In this document: one piece after another, positions 9,403 through 16,876 of the stretch
How the letters are laid out: the number at the start of each line of letters is the position of its first letter
How positions within the stretch are numbered: position 1 is the first letter of the stretch
Assembly: GCA_035455665.1 (NCBI GenBank)
Contig: DATIEQ010000126.1
Span: 1 to 26,362, forward strand
Reading direction: 5' to 3'
Source of the DNA: Gammaproteobacteria bacterium
GTDB lineage: Bacteria > Pseudomonadota > Gammaproteobacteria > Natronospirales > REEB76
DNA length: 26,362 bases
The notes under the pieces: model-generated
What the model saw: the letters and a program-made list of their open reading frames with translations, nothing else
Told to the model about the DNA's origin: nothing
Databases searched by the model: none
Made by a program: the position numbers and the translations under genes

Positions 9403-10286
9403 GCGCGACCAGAGGGAGCGATACCGCGGCTGTGTTCGCGGACCGCCTCAAGGCTTGGCTGCAGTATCCCCTGCCCCATCACCTGATCTCGCGTCTGACC
9501 GGACGCCTCACGCGCGTACGGCAAACGGCCTTCAAAGACTGGATGATCCGCAGCTTCATCCGCCGATTCGGTGTGGACATGAGCGAGGCGGCTGAATCCG
9601 ATCCCGCCGCCTATCCGACCTTCAATGCCTTCTTCACTCGTGCGCTGCGCGCCGGCGCCCGTCCTGTGGACGCCGCGAAGAATTCGATCGTCTCTCCGGT
9701 GGACGGCGCGGTGAGCCAGGCCGGCGTTATCCATTCCGACCGTATCTTCCAGGCGAAGGGACAGATCTTCAGCGCGCTCGAGCTCCTGGGTGGGAGCGTG
9801 GACGACGCCCGCCTGTTCGACGATGGCAGCTTCGCGACGCTGTATCTCTCGCCCCGGGACTACCACCGCATCCACATGCCCGTGGCGGGAAACCTGCGCC
9901 GCATGCTGCATGTGCCGGGGCGGCTGTTCAGCGTCAACCCGCCCACCACCCGGGCCGTGCCGCGCCTGTTCGCCCGCAACGAGCGAGTGGTATCCCTCTT
10001 CGACACGGACGTGGGACCCCTCGCGCTCGTCATGGTAGGTGCCATGAATGTGGCGAGTATCGAGACCGTCTGGGCCGGGATCGTGACGCCGCCGCCGCGA
10101 GCCAGTATCCGCAGCTGGGATTACAAATCGGGGGAGGTCCGGCTCGCACAAGGGGCGGAAGCGGGCCGCTTCAACATGGGTTCCACTGTGATCCTGCTGT
10201 TCGCCGCCGGCAGGCTCCGCTGGGAAGCGTCCTGCGTGCCCGACGCGCAAGTACGGATGGGGCGGCGTCTCGCGACGCGACTTTAA
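9399..10286 (+). CDS. psd: Phosphatidylserine decarboxylase proenzyme
   Basis: FNAFFTRAL, SPVDG, YLSPRDYHRIHMP, LFARNERV, FNMGSTVILLF (GS self-cleavage site). TTG start overlaps the PCuAC stop. Confidence 0.96.
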   Translation: MSATRGSDTAAVFADRLKAWLQYPLPHHLISRLTGRLTRVRQTAFKDWMIRSFIRRFGVDMSEAAESDPAAYPTFNAFFTRALRAGARPVDAAKNSIVSPVDGAVSQAGVIHSDRIFQAKGQIFSALELLGGSVDDARLFDDGSFATLYLSPRDYHRIHMPVAGNLRRMLHVPGRLFSVNPPTTRAVPRLFARNERVVSLFDTDVGPLALVMVGAMNVASIETVWAGIVTPPPRASIRSWDYKSGEVRLAQGAEAGRFNMGSTVILLFAAGRLRWEASCVPDAQVRMGRRLATRL

Positions 10287-10768
10287 CCCAGGGCTTGCAG
10301 GAAAACCTCTGCCAGGGCCTCGAGCCCCTGCCGGTCCTCTGCATCGAAGCGCGCGAGCCTCGGACTGTCGAGGTCCAGCACACCCATGAGCACCCCACCC
10401 TTGACGAGCGGGACCACGAGTTCAGAGAGGGAGTCGCCGTCGCAGAAGATGTGGCCCGGGAACTTGTTCACGTCGGGTACGAGCTGGGTCTCGCGCTTCG
10501 CCGCCGCGGTGCCGCAGACCCCCTTGCCGAGCGCGATGCGCACGCAGGCAGGCTTGCCCTGGAACGGCCCCACCAGGAGCTCGCCGTCCTTCAGGAAATA
10601 GAATCCCACCCAGTTCAGGTCCGGCAAGCTGTGATAGAGCAGCGCGGAGAAGTTCGCCGCGTTGGCCACGAGATCCCGTTCGCCGTGCAGAAGACCCTTG
10701 GCCTGCGACAGCAGTTCGCCATAGAGCTCCGCCTTGCCGGAAGCCTCGATCTTCTTCATCTCGAACAT
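10283..10768 (-). CDS. msrC: GAF-domain free methionine-R-sulfoxide reductase (fRMsr/YebR)
   Basis: NWVGFY, GPFQGKPAC, GKGVCGTAA, HIFCD, VLDLDSP. All three characteristic Cys present. Confidence 0.88.
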   Translation of the reverse strand: MFEMKKIEASGKAELYGELLSQAKGLLHGERDLVANAANFSALLYHSLPDLNWVGFYFLKDGELLVGPFQGKPACVRIALGKGVCGTAAAKRETQLVPDVNKFPGHIFCDGDSLSELVVPLVKGGVLMGVLDLDSPRLARFDAEDRQGLEALAEVFLQALG

Positions 10769-10780
10769 CGTCGGATTCTC

Positions 10781-11737
10781 CTACGCCCTGTCGGACGGAA
10801 ATGCGATGACCTCGGTAATAGACCGCGCAGCGGCGGCAATCATTACGAGGCGGTCGAACCCCAAGGCCACGCCGGAACAGTCGGGGAGGCCGTGTTCCAG
10901 AGAGGCCAGCAGCCGTTCGTCCATGGGAACGTCCATGAGCCCCTGGCGCCCACGATAGATTCGATCGGCCTCGAAACGCTGCCGTTGCTCGGCGGCCTCC
11001 GCGAGCTCGTGGAAACCATTCGCGAGCTCGACCCCGTGCAGGAAGGCCTCGAAACGTTCCGCCACCGCGGGGTCGCCGGGTCTCACCCGCGCCAGGGCCG
11101 CCTGGCTCGCCGGATAATCATATATAAAGGTGAGACCCCCCTGTCCCAGGGCGGGATAGACGACCTCTCCCGCCAGGAGATCCAGCCAGCCATCGCGGTC
11201 CAGCACGCCCGCGGGCGCTTGGCTGCCTGCCTTCGCGAAAGCGGTGCTGCAGTCCTCTGCGCTCGCGCGGAAAGGGTCGAGCCCTGCGTGACGCACGAAG
11301 GCTTCCCGATACGTGAGATGCTCCGGCGCACGGGCGAGGCTGGGCACCAGCACGGACACGAGCTCCGCCACCTCGGCCATGAGCCGGTGCTGGTCGAACC
11401 CGATCCGGTACCACTCCAGCAGGGTGAACTCGGGATTGTGGTTCCTGCCCGCCTCGCCCCGGCGGAACACCTTGCACAGTTGCCAGATGTCCCCCGTGCC
11501 GGCGGCCAAGAGCCGCTTCATGGGGAACTCGGGAGAGGTATGCAGGTAGAGATAGCCGCCGCGTCCGTCTTCGACGCGGAAGCTCGCGATATGCCGGTCC
11601 GTAGCGCCGGCTGTCGAGAGCGCCGGCGTATCCACTTCAAGGACCGAACGCGCGGCAAAGAACTCTCGAAGCTTCGCCAGCAGCGCAGCGCGCAGCTTGA
11701 GGTTCTCGATCGAAGCGGTAGGTTGCCAGTCAGTCAT
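10781..11737 (-). CDS. epmA: EF-P lysine (R)-beta-lysine ligase (GenX/PoxA/YjeA)
   Basis: LHTSPEFPMKRLLA, FRRGEAGRNHNPEFTLLEWY, ELANGFHEL, GVALGFDRL. Class II LysRS-like without anticodon domain; directly downstream of efp. Confidence 0.96.
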   Translation of the reverse strand: MTDWQPTASIENLKLRAALLAKLREFFAARSVLEVDTPALSTAGATDRHIASFRVEDGRGGYLYLHTSPEFPMKRLLAAGTGDIWQLCKVFRRGEAGRNHNPEFTLLEWYRIGFDQHRLMAEVAELVSVLVPSLARAPEHLTYREAFVRHAGLDPFRASAEDCSTAFAKAGSQAPAGVLDRDGWLDLLAGEVVYPALGQGGLTFIYDYPASQAALARVRPGDPAVAERFEAFLHGVELANGFHELAEAAEQRQRFEADRIYRGRQGLMDVPMDERLLASLEHGLPDCSGVALGFDRLVMIAAAARSITEVIAFPSDRA

Positions 11738-11752
11738 GACTGACGCCGGGAG

Positions 11753-12319
11753 TCATTTCGCCCTAGCGACGTACTCGGCGGAGCGCGTGTCGACCTTGAT
11801 GAGCTCGCCTTCGTTCACGAACAGCGGTACGCGCACCGTGGCGCCGGTCTCGAGCGTGGCGGGCTTGTTGCCGCCGGTGACCGTGTCGCCGCGCACGCCT
11901 GGATCGGTCTTCGTGACCTTGAGGATGGCGAAGATGGGTGCGGTCACCGCCAGCGGCTTGCCGTCCCACAGCATGATCTTGCAGAGTTCCTCGCCCTTGA
12001 GCCAGTTCTTGGCATCGCCCATGGCGATCGCGTCGGCGGCGAGCTGCTCGAAGTTCTCCGGATTCATGAAATGCCAGAACTGGCCATCGTTGTACAGGTA
12101 CTGCACGTCGAGCTCGGCGATGTCGGCGGATTCCACCGTCTCGCCGGACTTCATGTTGCGATCCAGCACCTTGCCGGTCTTGAGGTTGCGGATCTTGACG
12201 CGGTTGAACGCCTGGCCCTTGCCGGGTTTCACGAACTCGTTCTCGAGGATCGTATAGGGGTCGCCGTCCATCATGATCTTGAGGCCGGCCTTGAACTCGT
12301 TGGTGCTGTAACTGCCCAT
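11753..12319 (-). CDS. efp: Translation elongation factor P
   Basis: From ATG 12319: [14 protein letters not shown]...VKPGKGQAF (modified Lys)...[22 protein letters not shown] end. Confidence 0.98.
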   Translation of the reverse strand: MGSYSTNEFKAGLKIMMDGDPYTILENEFVKPGKGQAFNRVKIRNLKTGKVLDRNMKSGETVESADIAELDVQYLYNDGQFWHFMNPENFEQLAADAIAMGDAKNWLKGEELCKIMLWDGKPLAVTAPIFAILKVTKTDPGVRGDTVTGGNKPATLETGATVRVPLFVNEGELIKVDTRSAEYVARAK

Positions 12320-12338
12320 CGGGATATCCACTGATAAT

Positions 12339-12347
12339 TGGTACAAT
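12339..12347 (+). promoter_or_regulatory. Candidate extended -10 promoter (TG-G-TACAAT) pointing toward epmB
   Basis: TGGTACAAT matches TGnTAnAAT. No clear -35. Would give a leader of about 220 nt. Confidence 0.45.
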
Positions 12348-12422
12348 GAACGGGGCATTGGCAGGGTGATTTATCACCCTGCTAAGCGCCCCAGGGACGG
12401 GACGCATCGAAAATCGAACACG

Positions 12423-12435
12423 TAAGTGTTTGATT
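12423..12435 (-). promoter_or_regulatory. IHF consensus site inside a hairpin
   Basis: Minus strand AATCAA-ACAC-TTA matches WATCAANNNNTTR exactly. It lies within imperfect inverted repeat 12408-12439. Confidence 0.5.
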
Positions 12436-12476
12436 TTCGGAGCGAGCCGCGGGCATGTGCCGCGGCGGAGCGTGAC

Positions 12477-12502
12477 GCAAAACACCATGGATGGTGTTTT
12501 GC
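12477..12502. repeat. Perfect 12-bp inverted repeat with 2-nt spacer (operator-like)
   Basis: GCAAAACACCAT-GG-ATGGTGTTTTGC. Confidence 0.7.
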
Positions 12503-12507
12503 ATCGA

Positions 12508-12576
12508 ATGGCTCCCCCGCAAAAAGCGCGTCATCATACCCTACCGCCCGTCTCCGGGCAGCCCTTGCAAGCATGA
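12508..12576 (+). CDS. Candidate 22-aa leader peptide (MAPPQKARHHTLPPVSGQPLQA) coupled to epmB
   Basis: Open from ATG 12508 to TGA 12574-12576, overlapping the epmB ATG (ATGA). Two Pro-Pro pairs. No SD. Translation unproven. Confidence 0.3.
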   Translation: MAPPQKARHHTLPPVSGQPLQA

Positions 12577-13580
12577 CCACCCGTTGGCAGACCGAGATGG
12601 CGGAGGCGGTGCACGACCCCGCAGAGCTCGTTTCTCTCCTGGAATTGGACGCGCGCTGGCTCGAACCCGCCCGCCGGGCGGCCCGGCTCTTCCCCCTGCG
12701 GGTGCCGCGCGGCTTCCTCGCGCGCATGCGCAAAGGCGACCCCACCGACCCCCTGCTCCGGCAGGTGCTCCCGCTCGACGAGGAGCTGCGCGAAGTCCCG
12801 GGTTTCGGCCGCGACCCCGTGGGCGACATGCCGAGCCGGGCGGCGAAGGGCGTGCTGCACAAGTACCGGGGCCGGGTGCTGCTCATCGCCACCGGCGCCT
12901 GCGGCGTGCACTGCCGCTATTGCTTCCGCCGCCACTTCCCCTATGCCGAGGAGACCGCCCGTGCCGATGAGTGGCGCGAGGCCTTGGACTACCTGCGCGC
13001 CGATCCTTCGATCCGCGAAGTGATCCTGAGCGGCGGCGACCCCTTGACCCTCTCGGACGAGCGCCTGGCCCGGCTGGCGACCGCCCTGGAAGCGATCCCA
13101 CATATAAGGAGGCTGCGGATCCATACCCGCCAGCCCGTGGTCCTGCCCTCGCGCGTGGACGAGGGGCTCCTGCGCTGGCTCACCGCCTGCCGGCTCCAGA
13201 AAGTGGTGGTGCTGCACATGAACCATGCCCGGGAACTGAACGATGAGGTGCGGGAGGCCTGTGCGAGGCTGCGCCGGGCCGGGGTCATGCTCTTCAACCA
13301 GTCCGTGCTGCTGCGCGGCGTGAACGACTCCGCTACGGCCCTGGCCGAGCTCTCCGAGGCGCTGTTCGGGGCCGGCGTCATCCCCTATTACCTCAATGTA
13401 CTGGACCCGGTGGCCGGGGCGGCCCATTTCGACGTCCCCGAGGCTGAAGCCCTCGCCCTGGTGGCGGAACTGCGGGCGCGACTGCCCGGCTACCTCGTGC
13501 CCCGGCTGGTGCGGGAGGTCCCCGGCGCGCCGTCCAAGCAGCCGGTCCGCGACGCGCTCGAATACACGGCAGTCGAATAA
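12573..13580 (+). CDS. epmB: EF-P beta-lysylation protein, lysine 2,3-aminomutase (KamA/YjeK radical SAM)
   Basis: LHKYRGRVLL, CGVHCRYCFRRHFPY (CxxxCxxC), ILSGGDPL, RIHTRQPVVLP, NQSVLLRGVND, GYLVPRLVRE. Start ATG 12573. Divergent from efp. Confidence 0.96.
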   Translation: MTTRWQTEMAEAVHDPAELVSLLELDARWLEPARRAARLFPLRVPRGFLARMRKGDPTDPLLRQVLPLDEELREVPGFGRDPVGDMPSRAAKGVLHKYRGRVLLIATGACGVHCRYCFRRHFPYAEETARADEWREALDYLRADPSIREVILSGGDPLTLSDERLARLATALEAIPHIRRLRIHTRQPVVLPSRVDEGLLRWLTACRLQKVVVLHMNHARELNDEVREACARLRRAGVMLFNQSVLLRGVNDSATALAELSEALFGAGVIPYYLNVLDPVAGAAHFDVPEAEALALVAELRARLPGYLVPRLVREVPGAPSKQPVRDALEYTAVE

Positions 13581-13681
13581 GCTTCGGATTCCGCCGGCGG
13601 ATTACTGGAAAACCCCCAGGGAATGGGATAAGAATACCCATGCTAAAGCAACAACTTACCCGGCCAAGCTAAGGAGCCGCC

Positions 13682-15880
13682 TTGTCGCCACGTAGCGCCC
13701 TGCCGGTCCTGGTCGTCGCGCCCACGCAGAACGACGCCGAGAAGCTGAACAGCACACTGCGCAACGCGGGTCACGCGGTGCGTCCGCTGTGGGTCGCCAG
13801 CATGGACGCGGCCGAGAAGAGCATCAAGCAGCAGAAGCCCGACCTCATCCTCTGCTCCACCAGCGTCGCAGCCGCGCCCTTCCCGGAGGTGGTGCGGCTG
13901 CGCGACATGGCGTTACCCAACGTGCCGATCATCGCCGTCGCCAAGTCCATCAGTCCGCCCATCGTCGCCGAGCTCATCAACACCGGCGCCCGCGACCTGG
14001 TCTCCATGGACCAGATCGAGCACCTGCAGGCGGTGGTGTCGCGCGAGCTGGAGGTGTTGCAGCTCTCCCGCGACCTGGAAGACACGAGTGTCAAGCTCAG
14101 CGAGTACGAGAAACGCATCAACCTGGTAGTGAAGGAATCCAAGGACGCCATCACCTACGTGCACGACGGCATCATCCTGTCGGCGAACCCGGCGTTCCTG
14201 GAGCTCTTCGGCCACAAGGCCAGCGCCGATATCGAAGGCACGCCGGTGCTGGAACTCTTCGACGGTAGCTCCCAGGGCGCACTCAAGGAAGCCCTCAAGC
14301 TCGTCGGCAAGAACCAGTCCGTGGACCCGCTCGCCGTGAAGGGGTTGGAGGGCGGCAAGCCCTTCGAGACCACACTTGAGTTCGCCAACGTGGAGGTGGA
14401 CGGCGAATCCGCCATCGCCATCTCCATCCGTAGCGACGCCGGCGCCAAGGAAGCCATGGCCCAGGCGGACCATGCCCAGGCGAAGGCACAGCAGGCCCAG
14501 CACTTCGCCATGAAGGTCAAGGACAAGGCCCAGGAGCAGATCGAGCTCCTCAACCAGAAGCTCGCGGCGAGCGTGCAGCAGCTCACCACCTACCGCAACC
14601 TGGACCTGTTCACCGGCCTGATGAACCGCAACGCCTTCCTGGAAGTGCTCACCGAGGCGACTAAGCAGCCCGTGAAGGGCGCGTCACGGGCGCTGGTGCT
14701 CATCAAGCCGGACAAGTTCACGGCCGTGGCCGAGAAGGTGGGCGTGCTGGCGAGCGAGGTCATCATCAAGGGCATCGCCGACCTGATCCGCGCCAGCGCC
14801 GCCAAGGAAGACCAGGTGGGCCGCTTCGGCGGCACGGTGTTCATGGTGATCGCGACGCGGCCGAAACTGAAGGAGGTCGCGGACTGGGCGGACCGGCTGC
14901 GTACCGCTGCCGCGAGCCACATCTTCCAGGCCGGAGGCAAGTCCACGAGCCTCACCTGCAGCATCGGTTATCTCGAGCTGGACGACTCCCACACCAACAT
15001 CGAGAAGATCCTGGAAGACGTGGAGGAGGCGCATCGCCAGGCGCGTACCGGCGGCGGCAACCGGGTGGTGGGCTGGACGCCGCCGAAGGTAGACGCGCAG
15101 GGACGCGTCACCGACACCGAATGGCAGCGCCGCTTCACCGACGCGCTCAAGAACAACCGCTTCATCCTCGCCTTCCAGCCGGTGGCGAGCCTCACCGGCG
15201 AGGCCATCGACCTGCACGACGTGCTGGTGCGCATGCGCGGCGACCAGGAGGAGGAGATCCCGCCCAAGGACTTCCTGCCGGCGGCCGAGAAGGTCAACAT
15301 GATGACCGCCATCGACCGCTGGATCCTGGAGCACGCCGTGGGCGTGGTGAGCGACCGGTTGAAGCAGCAGCGCAACAGCAGCCTGTTCCTGCGCATCTCC
15401 GACCAGACGCTCACCGACCCGAACATCCTGCCGTGGATTGAGAAGCTGCTCGCTTCGGCTCCCGGCATCGCACCGGGCAACCTCATCTTCGAGGTGGCGG
15501 AGAAATCGGCGGAGAAATACCTCACCGACGCCCGCAGCTTCGCCACCGGCGTCCGGAAGCTGAAGTGCGGCTTCGCCCTCGAGCATTTCGGCATCGGCCA
15601 CGACCCGATGCATACCCTGGAACTCATCAAGGACGTGGACTATATCAAGGTGGACGGCAGCATCAGCGCCGCCTTGAACAGCGATGCCAAGAAGCAGACT
15701 CTGGTGAAAGGTTATGTCACGCGCGCCCAGGAGCTCGGCATCAAGAGCGTGGCCGAGCGCGTCGAGCGCCCGGAGAGCATGGCCGTCCTCTACACCCTCG
15801 GCGTGGAGTTCATCCAGGGCAACATCGTGCAGGAACCGGAAGTGGTCATGGCGGACGCCCGCTCACCCAAGACGGCCTGA
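13682..15880 (+). CDS. fimX: FimX-like c-di-GMP receptor (pseudo-REC, PAS, degenerate GGDEF, degenerate EAL)
   Basis: TTG start after AAGGAG. NAGHAVR in a REC lacking acidic residues; PAS (ANPAFLELFG); DLFTGLMNR with RFGGTVF in place of GGDEF; FQPV..DVLVR, IDRW, EHFG, YIKVDGS, FIQG. Resembles my recollection of Pseudomonas/Xanthomonas FimX. Confidence 0.8.
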   Translation: MSPRSALPVLVVAPTQNDAEKLNSTLRNAGHAVRPLWVASMDAAEKSIKQQKPDLILCSTSVAAAPFPEVVRLRDMALPNVPIIAVAKSISPPIVAELINTGARDLVSMDQIEHLQAVVSRELEVLQLSRDLEDTSVKLSEYEKRINLVVKESKDAITYVHDGIILSANPAFLELFGHKASADIEGTPVLELFDGSSQGALKEALKLVGKNQSVDPLAVKGLEGGKPFETTLEFANVEVDGESAIAISIRSDAGAKEAMAQADHAQAKAQQAQHFAMKVKDKAQEQIELLNQKLAASVQQLTTYRNLDLFTGLMNRNAFLEVLTEATKQPVKGASRALVLIKPDKFTAVAEKVGVLASEVIIKGIADLIRASAAKEDQVGRFGGTVFMVIATRPKLKEVADWADRLRTAAASHIFQAGGKSTSLTCSIGYLELDDSHTNIEKILEDVEEAHRQARTGGGNRVVGWTPPKVDAQGRVTDTEWQRRFTDALKNNRFILAFQPVASLTGEAIDLHDVLVRMRGDQEEEIPPKDFLPAAEKVNMMTAIDRWILEHAVGVVSDRLKQQRNSSLFLRISDQTLTDPNILPWIEKLLASAPGIAPGNLIFEVAEKSAEKYLTDARSFATGVRKLKCGFALEHFGIGHDPMHTLELIKDVDYIKVDGSISAALNSDAKKQTLVKGYVTRAQELGIKSVAERVERPESMAVLYTLGVEFIQGNIVQEPEVVMADARSPKTA

Positions 15881-15910
15881 GCGCGTCTCGTCGGATCTGA
15901 TCCCGGATCG

Positions 15911-16810
15911 TTAGCTCAGGTTCCCTTGGCCGCGTTGCAACGCGGCGATGCGCTCGGCGATGGGCGGGTGCGACATGAACAGGCGCGTGAACCCCTGACC
16001 GTCCGCGATGGCGAAAGCCTGCAGCTGCTTGGGCAGCGCCGCCGGCTCGTGCAGGGACTCCAGGCGCTGCAGGGCGGAGATCATCTTGCCGCGGCCCGCG
16101 AGCTTCGCCCCGCCCGCGTCGGCGCGGAACTCGCGCCGGCGGGAGAAGGCGAACACGATGAGGCTCGCCACCACGCCGAACAGGACCTGGGCCAGCATCG
16201 AGGTGACGAAGTAGGCGATGTAGCTCATGCCGTCGTCCCGGTCGCCCCGCGCCATGGCGCGTCCGACGACGGTCGCGACGATGCGCGACAGGAAGATCAC
16301 GAAGGTGTTCAAGACCCCCTGTAGCAGGGTCAGGGTCACCATGTCGCCGTTCGAGACGTGGGTGAGCTCGTGGCCCAGCACCGCCTCCACCTGGTCGCGG
16401 TTCATGCCCGAGAGGAGTCCCGTGCTGACGGCGACCAGCGCGTGGTCGCGGCGCATGCCGGTGGCGAAGGCGTTCGGCTGCGGTGAGTCGTAGATGGCTA
16501 CCTGCGGCGTGCCGACGCCAGCCTGCCGCGCCAAGCGCTCCACCGTGCTCTTGAGCCAACGCTCGTCGTCGTTCCGGGGTGTCTCGATGACCTGCCCGCG
16601 GGTGGACATGAGCGCCATCCACTTGGAGAGTGCGAGCGAGATGAACGCGCCGCCCATGCCGAACACCGCGGCGAACACCAGCAGGCCCGCGTAGGTGCCG
16701 GGGTTCGCGTAAGGGCCGAGGACGCCCGAGGCGAGCAGGACGTTGTAGACGATGCTGAGGACGAACAGCACCGCCAGGTTGGTCAGGATGAACAGCACGA
16801 CGCGTTTCAT
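15911..16810 (-). CDS. htpX: Membrane zinc metalloprotease HtpX (M48)
   Basis: PNAFATG, LGHELTHVSNGDMVT (HExxH), FSRRREFRAD, FMSHPPIAERI. Confidence 0.96.
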   Translation of the reverse strand: MKRVVLFILTNLAVLFVLSIVYNVLLASGVLGPYANPGTYAGLLVFAAVFGMGGAFISLALSKWMALMSTRGQVIETPRNDDERWLKSTVERLARQAGVGTPQVAIYDSPQPNAFATGMRRDHALVAVSTGLLSGMNRDQVEAVLGHELTHVSNGDMVTLTLLQGVLNTFVIFLSRIVATVVGRAMARGDRDDGMSYIAYFVTSMLAQVLFGVVASLIVFAFSRRREFRADAGGAKLAGRGKMISALQRLESLHEPAALPKQLQAFAIADGQGFTRLFMSHPPIAERIAALQRGQGNLS

Positions 16811-16845
16811 GGGAACGAGGCCTCCTCACAGGGGCATTGGCTTAG

Positions 16846-16873
16846 ACATAAGGTTAAGCCTTTTGGTTTCAAG
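16846..16873 (-). promoter_or_regulatory. Sigma32 (RpoH)-type promoter of htpX
   Basis: CTTGAAA-N13-CCTTATGT versus consensus CTTGAAA-N13-17-CCCCATNT. htpX is a known sigma32 target. Confidence 0.65.
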
Positions 16874-16876
16874 GGC

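Noticed and set aside
12491-12576. Third-frame IIPYRPSPGSPCK as a frameshifted EpmB N-terminus
   Set aside because: EpmB from ATG 12573 is already normal length and begins with the conserved W-x-x-x-x-A-x-A-V-x-D-P region. Cannot be fully excluded without reads.
2472-13580. Functional link between polyproline-rich FimV and the nearby EF-P genes
   Set aside because: EF-P acts genome-wide in trans. Proximity of about 7 kb across unrelated operons is not evidence.
13590-13601. 12-bp palindrome TCCGCCGGCGGA after epmB
   Set aside because: No loop or U-tract. GC-only palindromes of this size are common here.
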